A stretch of 64,000 bases of DNA from Octopus bimaculoides. Lineage: Eukaryota. Positions 25,498 to 37,522 of the stretch are shown piece after piece. A program made the position numbers and the translations under genes. The stretch is taken from the NCBI RefSeq assembly GCF_001194135.2, contig NC_069000.1:4749547-4813546 (forward strand). Reading direction: 5' to 3'. Below the pieces are notes generated by a model. It worked only from the letters and a program-made list of their open reading frames with translations, was not told the DNA's origin and made no database searches. Each line of letters starts with the position of its first letter. Within the stretch, counting starts at the first letter, position 1.

Positions 25498-25821
25498 TAT
25501 GAAGTCGTTTGCTTTTGATTATGCAGTGTACAAAGGAAAGGACTTGATGACAGAAAACAAATGTGTATATTCTCTCCCTGCCTGAGGTTACCGCGGTCTT
25601 TTCTTTCCACGGATAAACCTTGCTGTTTACAATCTAAAAATTCTTCTGTGATACACGATCCCTTTTGATCGTCTTTTTTCTTTTCCCGACCCATTTTGAT
25701 CGGAATTTTACCTTTTCTTTTTCTCATTTTTTTCCCTTTTTCTTTTCCATTTTCGAAAAGAAAAGTTCTACATTTGTATTTGTCCCCTCTGTGTTCAGCC
25801 CTGTGTGGCCAATAAAGAAAG

Positions 25822-25879
<58 letters not shown>

Positions 25880-25889
25880 GCGTGTGTGC

Positions 25890-25931
<42 letters not shown>

Positions 25932-26444
25932 GCATATAAAAATATATATATATGTGTGTGCGTGAGTGTGTGTGAGTGTGTGCGTATGTGTGTCTATAAA
26001 GCACATCTATACATTTATATATATATATATATACACAAATATCTATAATTTCCACAAGTATCTATTATATATTCCCAGTGAATTATCGTTTAGTATGTTG
26101 ATTTCCTGAGAGGATGGAACGTATTCAGAAAGTATTTAGCTCTTTTCTCCTTCAAATGAAGACGAAGAATCAAAAGAAATAAGAAAAACAGAATGCAGTG
26201 AAACAGCAGAAAGAAGTGAAGCCATTGTTTCTTCCATGAATAATAGCTATGGTGTGACGCTGTCGTCTGCTCGCTAGAGATTGATGGAAATTTCTTTTAT
26301 ATAAATAATGAAATTCTGGCGATGGAATACATACATATATATTCTATATCTCTCCTTTATACATATACGCACGCACGCACGCACGCATGCCCCCCCCCCA
26401 GAAACATACAAGCACTAACACACACGCATATTCACACACACGTG

Positions 26445-26490
<46 letters not shown>

Positions 26491-26849
26491 CATATATATC
26501 ATTAATTTTGTATGTAAACATATAGATTTATGTATGCATATACCTGTATGCATAAACATATACATTAACAGACACACAGACACACATATATGTATATATA
26601 TATATAAATTTATATATATCTATCTATACATACATGTACATGCATGAATATGTATATAAACATATATTTGTATATCTGTATGTATATATTTTGTTATGTA
26701 TGTATATCTATATTTATATGTTTATATAAATACACACACACGCGCATATATCTATAAATACGCGCGCGCGTGTAGGGAGAACATTTTCGAAGGTATAAGC
26801 ATATAATTACAAGAGGGCCAGGCTTCTCATCCGGACCAAAGCACTTCCA

Positions 26850-26965
26850 ACGAACGAGCGAACCAACCAACCAAACGACCAACCAGCCGACAAACCGACC
26901 GACTGACCGACCGACCGACCGACCGACCGACCAACCGACCGACGAAATCAATCAGCCGACCAACG
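26850..26965. repeat. (CCAA)n/(CCGA)n tetranucleotide tract
   Basis: Directly visible. Confidence 0.9.
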
Positions 26966-27229
26966 AGTCTCCTACTCACCGAAACAAATTTGATATCAAG
27001 TGATGAATACAGCGATAGAGATACAGCAAGGTTAGATTAATTAGAAGCTTGGGAGACAAGATATTGTGCATGGTTTCTCTATAATTGTAATAATGGGATA
27101 AGTGGTCGGGAATTAGATGTATTCCGTCAATATTTATTTCGTCATTGTTTTTCGTTTGGAAAGCTTTACAAAGCGGAAAGATAAAGCTTGCGTGAATAAA
27201 GCAGAATATAAAATGAATGCATTAATAGC

Positions 27230-27400
27230 AACAGCAACAACAACAACAAAACTAAACTTTAGCAGCACCATGACCAAAAGCAGCAGCGTCAAAAACAACA
27301 ACAATGACAACAACAACAACAACAACAGCCATAGCAGCAGCAGCAACAACTGCAACAGCAGTAGCAGCAACACCGACGCCATTACTGCCACCACTAATAG
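27230..27400. repeat. (CAA)/(CAG) compound tract
   Basis: Directly visible. Confidence 0.88.
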
Positions 27401-29029
27401 CAATGAGACTAACTTGAAATATTTTAGGAAAGAAAGATGCTAACCTCAGATGTAAAATAAATAGATATAAAATAAGTGTGAAGTGGAATGTTTAGAATAA
27501 AATATGGCGTAAATGGAATAACAGCAACGTATGTGTGTGTGTATATACAAATATATGTACAAGGAGACTTTCATGTTTCGTCAAGACTGTTTACTGACAG
27601 AATACAGCGCCCATGCATCTACCTACCTTCCTACCTACCTCCAAACATACATACATACATACATACATACATACATACATACATACAAGTATGGAATCAG
27701 CTGCCAAGAGGATGTTGACATGAATCTAAAGATCAGTGGAAAAGTGAACATCAATTGCATTTATATATATNNNNNNNNNNNNNNNNNNNNNNNNNNNNNN
27801 NNNNNNNNNNNNNNNNNNNNNNNNNNNNNNNNNNNNNNNNNNNNNNNNNNNNNNNNNNNNNNNNNNNNNNNNNNNNNNNNNNNNNNNNNNNNNNNNNNNN
27901 NNNNNNNNNNNNNNNNNNNNNNNNNNNNNNNNNNNNNNNNNNNNNNNNNNNNNNNNNNNNNNNNNNNNNNNNNNNNNNNNNNNNNNNNNNNNNNNNNNNN
28001 NNNNTATATATATATATATTTATATATATATGCAATTAGATTTAGCGGAATGTTATCACTCGAATATTTCCTTAAACACGGATGTTACTTTCGTTCCCTC
28101 AATGTACCCACACATGCATTTCAAAGAGTTTCCCAGACACGCTTAGCGGCATATTTCCTCCGTTTTCACCTTTTGATTCTTGCCTTTCATTCTTCCAGAC
28201 TCGTTAAAATAAGGTCCACGTATTCGACTTACCCTCTCCCTCTACAAAAATATAGGGCTCTTGTACCAAAATTTGAAAGCAATATTTTTGATTCTTATTA
28301 CCATTTGAGTTCGTTACTTGCGGCCGCTGCACCTACTGTCCCTGATACCAATCTTGTTTCTAATTTTGCTTATTCGTTTTATATTTAATATATTCGTGTG
28401 TTCCTGTATGGAGACGTTAATATCGTGTTACAAACATTATATTGACAACTAATCAACGGCATTGTATATCTCCATTATATTTAATTATTTTATTCACCTA
28501 TCATATAACTTAATTATATTGTTGACTCTATTTTCATTGATAAACATCCATTTTACTCTAACAATGTGCGATAAAACAAACTGGAATTTAAAAGTAAAAA
28601 TAACGCCAAACACCATTGTTTGTTTCTAAACTGCAGCCGGAATAATTTTCAATAGAATTTGTCGTGTCATGGAATCTTGTGAATCCAATGTTTTTGGATA
28701 TTTAGCGAAATATTGTAAAGATTTACGTAAGAGAACAAAATATATCTCAAACATTAATACAAAATATTATTTTTTTTTTAATAGAATTTTTATTTTTCGA
28801 AATTTCTTCATTCTCTTTGATGTTACGTAATTTAAAGCTGTTGGCATTTTCACTTGCTTTGAAGAATTAACTGGCTGTCTGTGTAACTTTTATAAAGATG
28901 TATATAAATGAAGATATATTTTATTATAAAATATTTAGATGTGCTCTGTTCTTTGTTGTGAAAGTTTTTACCATGTTTTGTTAATGGCGACTTCATATTC
29001 GATTTTCATCTTTGAATTTTAGAACTTCG

Positions 29030-29165
29030 CCTTCTTTCTTTCCTTCTTTCTTTCCTTCTTTCTTTATTTCTTTCTTTCTTTCTTTCCTTCTTTCTTTCTT
29101 TCTTTCCTTCTTTCTTTCTTTCTTTCTTTCTTTCTATATCTTTTTCTTTCTTTCTTTCTTTCTTT
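29030..29165. repeat. (TTTC)n tract
   Basis: Directly visible. Confidence 0.93.
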
Positions 29166-29345
29166 GTTGTTTCAATGAAATCCAACATCTGGTCGCGAAT
29201 GGACAGAGATCGACCAGCTGCTTTATATTGTTTTTTACGATGTCTCATAGTGTCAATCAGTCCGTATTGTATCAGCCATATTTCGCTGATTCAGTTCACT
29301 TGACTGTAAATAGGCTTCATGGATTATTAAAGCAAACATCATCCA

Positions 29346-29718
29346 ATTCGTGAATTCCACCGAGGACGACGTTGCATTTCATCTTTTCGAGGCCCTTAAA
29401 ATAAGCTGAGTGCTGGAGTTAATTTAGTCAAGTTTCCTCCTCTCCTCAAAATTGCTATCCTTGTCCCAAACATTTGGAACCAATATTATAAGGGATTAAG
29501 GCGGCACGTTGCCAGAATCCTAAGTACGCTGGGTAAGATGCCTTGGGGCCTTCGACTGTCCCTACGTTCTCAGATCGAATTCCGCCAATGTAGACTTGGC
29601 CATTCGTTATTTCGAGGTTCATAAGAATAAGTACCAGTTGATCGGTGAGATCGATGTAATTGACTTACACGCCCCCTCGGAATTGCTGGTTTTGTACCTA
29701 AGTTTGAAATTAATATTA
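29346..29718 (+). mobile_element. Two tandem degenerate SINE family B copies
   Basis: gaattccaccgaggacgacgttgcatttcatc... (29346-29490) and ggcggcacgttgccagaatc...gaattccgcc...aataagtaccagtt (29499-29718). Confidence 0.75.
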
Positions 29719-30819
29719 TATGTCGGTGATACACCCCAGTTGTGCCAGGATGTCTAGACACTGTACTTCCTTCCGACTGGTGAACATACAACTGCAGGCG
29801 CTCTGAGTAACTTGTCAAGTTTTCTGTCTTTTTCCTCTCTACTGCATAATACAGGCCCCAAAACTAATTATATATTATACTTACTTCATTCTATTTTACT
29901 AGAAGGATATTCTGTTACCCTTTGTTTTAAAGCGGCGTGAGTACAGATTTGATTGCGTGTTGGATAAAATGCTTAGCAAAATTTCTGCCGTATTTCCACA
30001 TTCCTCAAAAATCCTTGAGCTCCCAAAGAATGGCCCCGTAACTGGTCGCAGTTTAACGTCTTACCCAAGACAAGGCTAGAACGATGGTAAACAATGATGG
30101 TTGTGATCTAGCGTGGCCATAATTCAATGATTGAAACTAATAAAAGAGTAGAAAGTAGACTAGTTTCCTATATTTCAACAAACAGCTTTAACACCATGAA
30201 ACCCGACCTAAACATTGATGTTTAAAAGCTCCCTTAGGAGCCATTATTAGCAATAAAATAATATTGCTCACATAACAAATACAATAACAGTTAAAAATCA
30301 ACAATGGGAATATTATATAAACTAAACATTATAGCCAAATGTAGATGGGTTAATGTTGCCATCATTCTCTAGTGAATATACATTCCATATATTTATGCAT
30401 GCCGCAAGAAATATCGAATTTAATCATGAAAGACAATTACATGATAACCTACTTTTCTTCTGTATATTCGCAAATGCTAACCTACATGTTAGGCGCCATT
30501 TTTATTTGATTTTTCTCGTTTGATTTTGTTTTTCAATCTGAAATTGTGAGACATTTAGTTTCGGCCACTAAATTTGATTTCCTCGCATGAGATTCACCAT
30601 TTATTACTACAATATCTCTCTATATTCAAAATCAGAATCAAAATAGATATGACATTTCCCAAAGAAATGTAATATGAATCGAGGAAACTTGTAAAAATGT
30701 CCAATTTTATGTACTTCGATATTTCGTCGCTATGATTTATTATATAGTGGCCTGAGTTATATAAACACGTGTATATATGTGTGTGTGTGTGCCTGTGTAT
30801 ATATGTGTATATGTTTATA

Positions 30820-30876
<57 letters not shown>

Positions 30877-31459
30877 NNNNNNNNNNNNNNNNNNNNNNNN
30901 NNNNNNNNNNNNNNNNNNNNNNNNNNNNNNNNNNNNNNNNNNNNNNNNNNNNNNNNNNNNNNNNNNNNNNNNNNNNNNNNNNNNNNNNNNNNNNNNNNNN
31001 NNNNNNNNNNNNNNNNNNNNNNNNNNNNNNNNNNNNNNNNNNNNNNNNNNNNNNNNNNNNNNNNNNNNNNNNNNNNATATATGCACTCGGTAGCAGTGAC
31101 TTAGATGCCGTCGCACATGATAATCACTATAGCTCAAAATTGATTTCCAACGATTACGTAGTGTCTCCAGGCAACACTTTATAACCGCCATGTTTATATC
31201 CCATCTACATGTTTGTGCTTGTGTGTGAGCTTGCACATGTATCAGGGGTGTGTATATGCATGCATGTATGTGTGAGTGTTTTGTGTTGGTGCATGTGCAG
31301 AACTAAACATGACATCTGAAAATCTTGCTTCAAGAAGCGGAGACAAATGAAGAAACAGGAGATTGTGTTGTCTGCGAGCGAAATGATGTAAAGTCGCACA
31401 AAGCATCGTATATTTCGATGGCGGTTTGTCAATAAAAGTTTGAAATTCGTATTGTATCT

Positions 31460-31500
<41 letters not shown>

Positions 31501-31510
31501 NNNNNNNNNN

Positions 31511-31594
31511 GGGGTCGATGTAATCGACTTAGTCCCTTTGTCTGTCCTTATTTGTCCCCTTTGTGTGTAGCCCCTTGTGGGTAGTAAAGAAATA
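31511..31594 (+). mobile_element. SINE family B variant 3' end
   Basis: ggggtcgatgtaatcgacttagtccctttgtc...gccccttgtgggtagtaaagaaata; a related tail is at 25779-25820. Confidence 0.75.
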
Positions 31595-31654
31595 ACACAC
31601 CTGTTATATTTCATATTGTTTATATATTTCGGTGAGCTCATAGCCTTGAAGTAC

Positions 31655-31825
31655 GAAGAGCTTTAATGGAACAAATCAAACGCCCCTTGTATTTATTTTA
31701 TAATCTGGACCTTATTTTATCGTTCGTTTTCGTTTTGCCGAACCGCCTGCTTTTCAGGACGTAAATAAACTAATGCTGGATGTGAAGCCTTGTGAAGTTG
31801 GGCGGGGACAAACAGAAACAAAGGT
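31655..31825 (-). mobile_element. SINE family A tail, degenerate
   Basis: ttttgccgaaccgc..ggacgtaaata..ggggacaaaca is the reverse complement of the A tail. Confidence 0.6.
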
Positions 31826-31869
31826 GAACAACTCTATTGTGCTTATCTCTCTCGTTGACCCCCCCCCCA

Positions 31870-31981
31870 CCTAAGGATGAAAGGCAAAGTCGACCTCGGT
31901 GGAATTTGAGACCAGAACGTAATGATGGACGAAATGCCGCTAAGTATTCGACCGGCGTGCTAACGTTTCTGTCAGCTCACT
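31870..31981 (-). mobile_element. SINE family B 5' half
   Basis: aggatgaaaggcaaagtcgacctcggtggaatttgag...gcgtgctaacgtttctgtcagctcac. Confidence 0.88.
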
Positions 31982-32094
31982 GATTAAGAAGAGAATCCAA
32001 CATTATTTAAGAAAATTGACCTTGTGCTAAAATTTGAAACCATTATAATTCAAGAAAATATTTCCATGTAAGAAGATAATGAAATTTCGATTAA

Positions 32095-32430
32095 GTTCTG
32101 TTTCCAGAACGTTACTTTGAGTTCAAACCTCATCGAGGTCAATTTTACTTTTTGTTTTTGGGCCGGTAAAATAAAGTAACAGTCGGGTACTCTATGTAAT
32201 CGATTTACCCTTACCCGCAACATTGCTGGCCTTGTGCCACAACTAGACAGAGTTAAGGCAGAGAACTGACAAAATGCTTGGCAGCAATTCTTCTGCTTCT
32301 TTACATTCCGATTTCAAACTCCGTCGAGGTCAAATCTGACTTTTATGCTTTCGGAGGAGATAAAATAAAATAGCAGTCAAGCACAGGGGTCGATGGAATC
32401 GACTCATGCCTCCCCTCACATACTGCGGAC
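32095..32430 (+). mobile_element. Two tandem degenerate SINE family B copies
   Basis: gagttcaaacctcatcgaggtc.. and gatttcaaactccgtcgaggtc..ggggtcgatggaatcgac. Confidence 0.65.
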
Positions 32431-32773
32431 ACAGTAATTAAATTAGAATCGATTATTATTTAAGGAAATACTTCCATGTGAAAAGACATTAAAAATGCGA
32501 TTATGTTCTGTTTCCTATTGTTGTCTATTAAATATTACAAATTCAAAATAATATTAATTACTTTATAATACGTGAACGCTATTAATCTCAGCATGGTTTT
32601 AATATATCAAAGGGAAAGTTTTTGCCAAGTTTAGCAGAAGCAATACATTGTCAGACTAGACAGTTTTACAGCAGATATTTACTACGTGTTTAACTTCTCA
32701 AAGACTATCACTTTCTACATATCCTCTCAACCGAGAGTGTTAAACTACATTACAGCACTGCAGTATTTTAACA

Positions 32774-32960
32774 CAGGCACTCGATCGATTACGACGACGA
32801 GGGTTCCAGTTGATCCGACGATTAACTAAACAGCCTGCGCTTGAAATTAACACGCAAGTGGCTGGGTGGTCTACACGAACGCGTACACATACAGTAGCTT
32901 CCAGAGAGATTCAGCGTAATACAGAATATGACAAATCTGACCCCTATGTAATTACAAGTA
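32774..32960 (-). mobile_element. SINE family D 3' part
   Basis: ggcactcgatcgattacgacgacgagggttccagttgatccga...gaaattaacacgcaagtggctg...gagattcagcgt. Confidence 0.82.
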
Positions 32961-33321
32961 ATCCTGAAATATTTTCTCCGTTTTGTCGTTTTTCTTATTT
33001 TTGTCTGTGTTGTTACATATATTCGCCCATTTCCTTCCAAAAATTTAAGGCCCTTAGCTTAGATTTTTGGGGCCTACCAATTTTGAACAGTCTCAAGTGT
33101 AACAGGCCGAAACTGTAGTGAAAATTGGAAGCTTGACTGATAAATAGAAAGCCACGAATGTTCCGTTCTGATTTTCACGTTCGTCTTTGTATCGTCCATC
33201 TGCACGTATTTTTTTAATGGTTGTCCGTTACGTTCCTGTTCCGTTTTTAAAAAAAAATTATATACACATAGTGGCATAAGTAGACCTTTTACTCAGCTTG
33301 TATGTATATACGTACATGTAT

Positions 33322-33460
33322 TACTTGTTTATATCAGCTGAGTGGACTGGCGAATTGAACTAAAGTGTCTTTCTGAAGCACACAACACACCGCAGGGCTA
33401 TTGAACTCACGACCTTACGACCATGAGCTGAAAAGCCTAGCCACTAAGCAACGCGCCTTC
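33322..33460 (-). mobile_element. SINE family D head and core
   Basis: Reverse complement: gaaggcgcgttgcttagtggctagg..ggtcgtaaggtcgtgagttcaat..aagacacttt..ccagtccactcagctg. Confidence 0.82.
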
Positions 33461-33690
33461 GCGGCAGTATTTTACTACAATACTAGACGTGTGGTTAAGA
33501 AGTACGTTAACCATGCGATACTGGGTTCGATCTCATGATAAGTCGTAATTTTTAGTTTGATAATGAGAGGCCCTAAGGAGAGAATGTGTGTTGATGTATG
33601 CATACGTGTATATGTAAACTTGTGTATGTGTGTGTGTTTGTTTGTTTGGGTGTGTGTGTATGTGTGTATGTACGTGGAAGTGTTTACAAG

Positions 33691-33931
33691 GTTCATTTTA
33701 ATGTGATATTTTTTTCTAAGAGATGGTTATTTTTCTATTCCGGTTGTTGGAATGTATACGTTTGCAAACTCTGGACATATGGATTCTATAAATGTCTACA
33801 AGAGAAAATTGGTCGTGGAAGAATCAGTGGAATCAGATTCGTGTGGGTTATGTTACATTTCATCTGTCGTAGAGTTTAACGACAGCACCAATGTTTAGCA
33901 TTCAAACATACCAGGTTTCCTGTTTGAGTGA
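33691..33931 (+). pseudogene. Decayed C1q/TNF-like globular domain remnant
   Basis: VHFNVI, then after a frameshift in a T-run RDGYFSIPVVGMYTF...ISSVVEFNDSTNV*HSNIPGFLFE*. This echoes C1q motifs (F..V, G.F..P..G.Y.F, S..L.L..GD.V, GFL) in the correct order. Confidence 0.38.
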
Positions 33932-34513
33932 GGATAAATTGTGTTATCCTTTCTCCCGTTGTATCTTAATACAGAATCTCGTATGTTATTGCTTCACACT
34001 TTTTACCGCTCATCGGTCAAAAAGGCCCAAGAAAAAAAAAAGAAAAAAATGAAAAGAATAAAAAATCAAAAAAATCCAAGAAAATTACGTCAGCGTTGCC
34101 TTGTATTATCTGACAAACCTATTAAAAATGAAACAAAGAACATAGACACAGATATAGATTCTCATTAATATTCTCTTCTGAATTAACCCATATGCTCCGT
34201 TTCTTTTTCTCGACTTTTCGCTCCTTTTTCCTATTTTTTATATTATTCCTGCCTGTATATTATTACATGTGAAGAAGTTGTCGTGGATACATTGTTACAG
34301 TGCTGGATCGATTGACCATTGTGATTTATTCAAACAGACAATGCTTTTGAATAATTATTTTTTAACTCTTTTTCCTATAATTCCATCCATAATAACGTCT
34401 TTTCGAAATTACCGGTTTATTAGCTATTAACCTACATCAACACACATAAAATATTCCAGAGATAATAGCCATTAATGTGTATATACGCTTGGGTTCTTAT
34501 GTGGATATGTGTT

Positions 34514-34546
<33 letters not shown>

Positions 34547-35143
34547 NNNNNNNNNNNNNNNNNNNNNNNNNNNNNNNNNNNNNNNNNNNNNNNNNNNNNN
34601 NNNNNNNNNNNNNNNNNNNNNNNNNNNNNNNNNNNNNNNNNNNNNNNNNNNNNNNNNNNNNNNNNNNNNNNNNNNNNNNNNNNNNNNNNNNNNNNNNNNN
34701 NNNNNNNNNNNNNNNNNNNNNNNNNNNNNNNNNNNNNNNNNNNNNNNNNNNNNNNNNNNNNNNNNNNNNNNNNNNNNNNNNATATATATATATATATATA
34801 CATATTCTTTGGATCGATTTTACACACACACACACACATATATATATACATACATACATACATATCAATAAGTACCATGCACTTGCATACAAAAATACTT
34901 ATATGAAGACACAAGTCCTCACATACAAGTTAACACACACTAACAAACATGCACAGAGATCTATGTGCCTGACAAGAGTGTGCAACATTAACAATTTGCT
35001 ATGATCAATACGAAAAGAGCCAACTACTTGGAAAAGATAGACATGCAAGGAAGAAACGAATGAGGTAAACTGAGCTCGTCTAAAATGTCTATTTGTTTTG
35101 TTTGTTTCTCTGATACGCGTGGGTGTACGTGTATACAAATATC

Positions 35144-35243
35144 GTGGCACTCCGTCGGTTGCGACGACAAGGGTTCCAGTTGATGCGATCAACAGAACAG
35201 CCTGTTCGTGAAATTAACGTGCAAGTGGTCGAGCACTCCACAG
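35144..35243 (-). mobile_element. SINE family D 3' end
   Basis: gtggcactccgtcggttgcgacgacaagggttccagttgat...gtgaaattaacgtgcaagtggtcgagcactccacag. Confidence 0.88.
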
Positions 35244-35346
35244 GCTATACCAGATGACAGTTGGCCAAGATGCCACGCAGTGGAACTGAACCTGGAACAA
35301 TGTGGTTATTAAGCAAGCTACTTACCACACAGCCACTCCTGCGACT
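35244..35346 (-). mobile_element. SINE family A head
   Basis: gctata..ggccaagatgccacgcagtggaactgaacctggaacaatgtgg..cttaccacacagccactcctgcg. Confidence 0.85.
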
Positions 35347-36091
35347 ATATATATATATATATNNNNNNNNNNNNNNNNNNNNNNNNNNNNNNNNNNNNNN
35401 NNNNNNNNNNNNNNNNNNNNNNNNNNNNNNNNNNNNNNNNNNNNNNNNNNNNNNNNNNNNNNNNNNNNNNNNNNNNNNNNNNNNNNNNNNNNNNNNNNNN
35501 NNNNNNNNNNNNNNNNNNNNNNNNNNNNNNNNNNNNNNNNNNNNNNNNNNNNNNNNNNNNNNNNNNNNNNNNNNNNNNNNNNNNNNNNNNNNNNNNNNNN
35601 NNNNNNNNNNNNNNNNNNNNNNNNNNNNNNNNNNNNNNNNNNNNNNNNNNNNNNNNNNNNNNNNNNNNNNNNNNNNNNNNNNNNNNNNNNNNNNNNNNNN
35701 NNNNNNNNNNNNNNNNNNNNNNNNNNNNNNNNNNNNNNNNNNNNNNNNNNNNNNNNNNNNNNNNNNNNNNNNNNNNNNNNNNNNNNNNNNNNNNNNNNNN
35801 NNNNNNNNNNNNNNNNNNNNNNNNNNNNNNNNNNNNNNNNNNNNNNNNNNNNNNNNNNNNNNNNNNNNNNNNNNNNNNNNNNNNNNNNNNNNNNNNNNNN
35901 NNNNNNNNNNNNNNNNNNNNNNNNNNNNNNNNNNNNNNNNNNNNNNNNNNNNNNNNNNNNNNNNNNNNNNNNNNNNNNNNNNNNNNNNNNNNNNNNNNNN
36001 NNNNNNNNNNNNNNNNNNNNNNNNNNNNNNNNNNNNNNNNNNNNNNNNNNNNNNNNNNNNNNNNNNNNNNNNNNNNNNNNNNNNNNNNNNN

Positions 36092-36122
<31 letters not shown>

Positions 36123-36515
36123 TATGGGTGTTTGCAAGCGTGCGTATTCGTGTGAACAATATATGTACGTAAACATATTAATTTCTTGGAGACATGCATA
36201 GAAATTAATTAATCGCAGAGAGAATTAATTAGCCCTTTATAATTATATACACCAATATTTGGATAATGTAAATTCTGTCTGTGTGTCGCTGTACTTTAAT
36301 AATAATCTACAAGTAAACGTAGATGATCGGATATATAGACGTTTCAAACGATTATTAATACACCGCAAGCTTGGCTTTCTGCGCTTGAGTTTCACAATTC
36401 TGTATTTTACGATACTACTTTGCTATATTGGCTGGTGAGGTTTCTCTAATTAATTCTTCCTGTGATTAATGAGTACCCAGTTAGCACATACATGTGTTCT
36501 CCTTACACACACACA

Positions 36516-36550
<35 letters not shown>

Positions 36551-37134
36551 NNNNNNNNNNTATATATATATATATATTCACACACACAAACGCGCGTGCA
36601 CTTGTATGAGAAGAATTGCGTACGCCTGTATCTTCTTCTGTATGTAACAAGCGGAACTTATTCGATGCTACCACAATGCTGAAATCTAGTATTCAGCTCT
36701 CTTTTTCTCTCACCCTTCTCACCGAAAGTTTTCAAGTTTACAGTCCCCCCCTCTCTCTCCCTCTCTTAGTGCACAATACAATCAATCTCTTTCACTGAGT
36801 TTTCATTCTCTCTATATCCACAATTCTAATGCTACGATCCCCTCATTCACCACACTGTGTTCTTGTTTCTCTTTCTCTAGTCTTTTAAGTCTCTCTTCCT
36901 ATCACTCTCCCTTATTTGACTCTCTTTAACATCTAAAAGCGTCACTCTCGTTCACTCATTTTATCGTCACTTGTTACTTCCCTTTACCTACCTCTCCTTT
37001 ATTTGTTCAATTTCGTCATTCTCGTTTAAATGTGGTCTCCTGTTCAAATTAGAGTCACGTCAAAATATAGTTTTATTAGCCATTCACACATTAACAACTT
37101 CACCAAATCCAGGTGTGTAGATTTGGTGAAGTTG

Positions 37135-37205
37135 AGGCGCGACGCTGTGGGACTGAACCCAGAACCATGTGGCTAAGAAGCAAACTTCCTATCAGACGGT
37201 CATGT
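37135..37205 (-). mobile_element. SINE family A head fragment
   Basis: gtgggactgaacccagaaccatgtggctaagaagcaaactt. Confidence 0.7.
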
Positions 37206-37480
37206 CTGCTACTATTATTATTAAATGCGTTTTCATATAAAGCTCAAATAGAAACACACATCGCTATACATACATAATACACGCATACACACGTTTTTAT
37301 ATATGTATATATATACATATATATATATATTTATATATATATTCATACACACAGATACACACGCACATATATATATATATATGTATATTGATAGATATAA
37401 ACTCACACATACATATACATATATACGTATATGTATATACACATGCATGCGCTTGTAAGAACATGTACATACCTACACAA

Positions 37481-37522
<42 letters not shown>

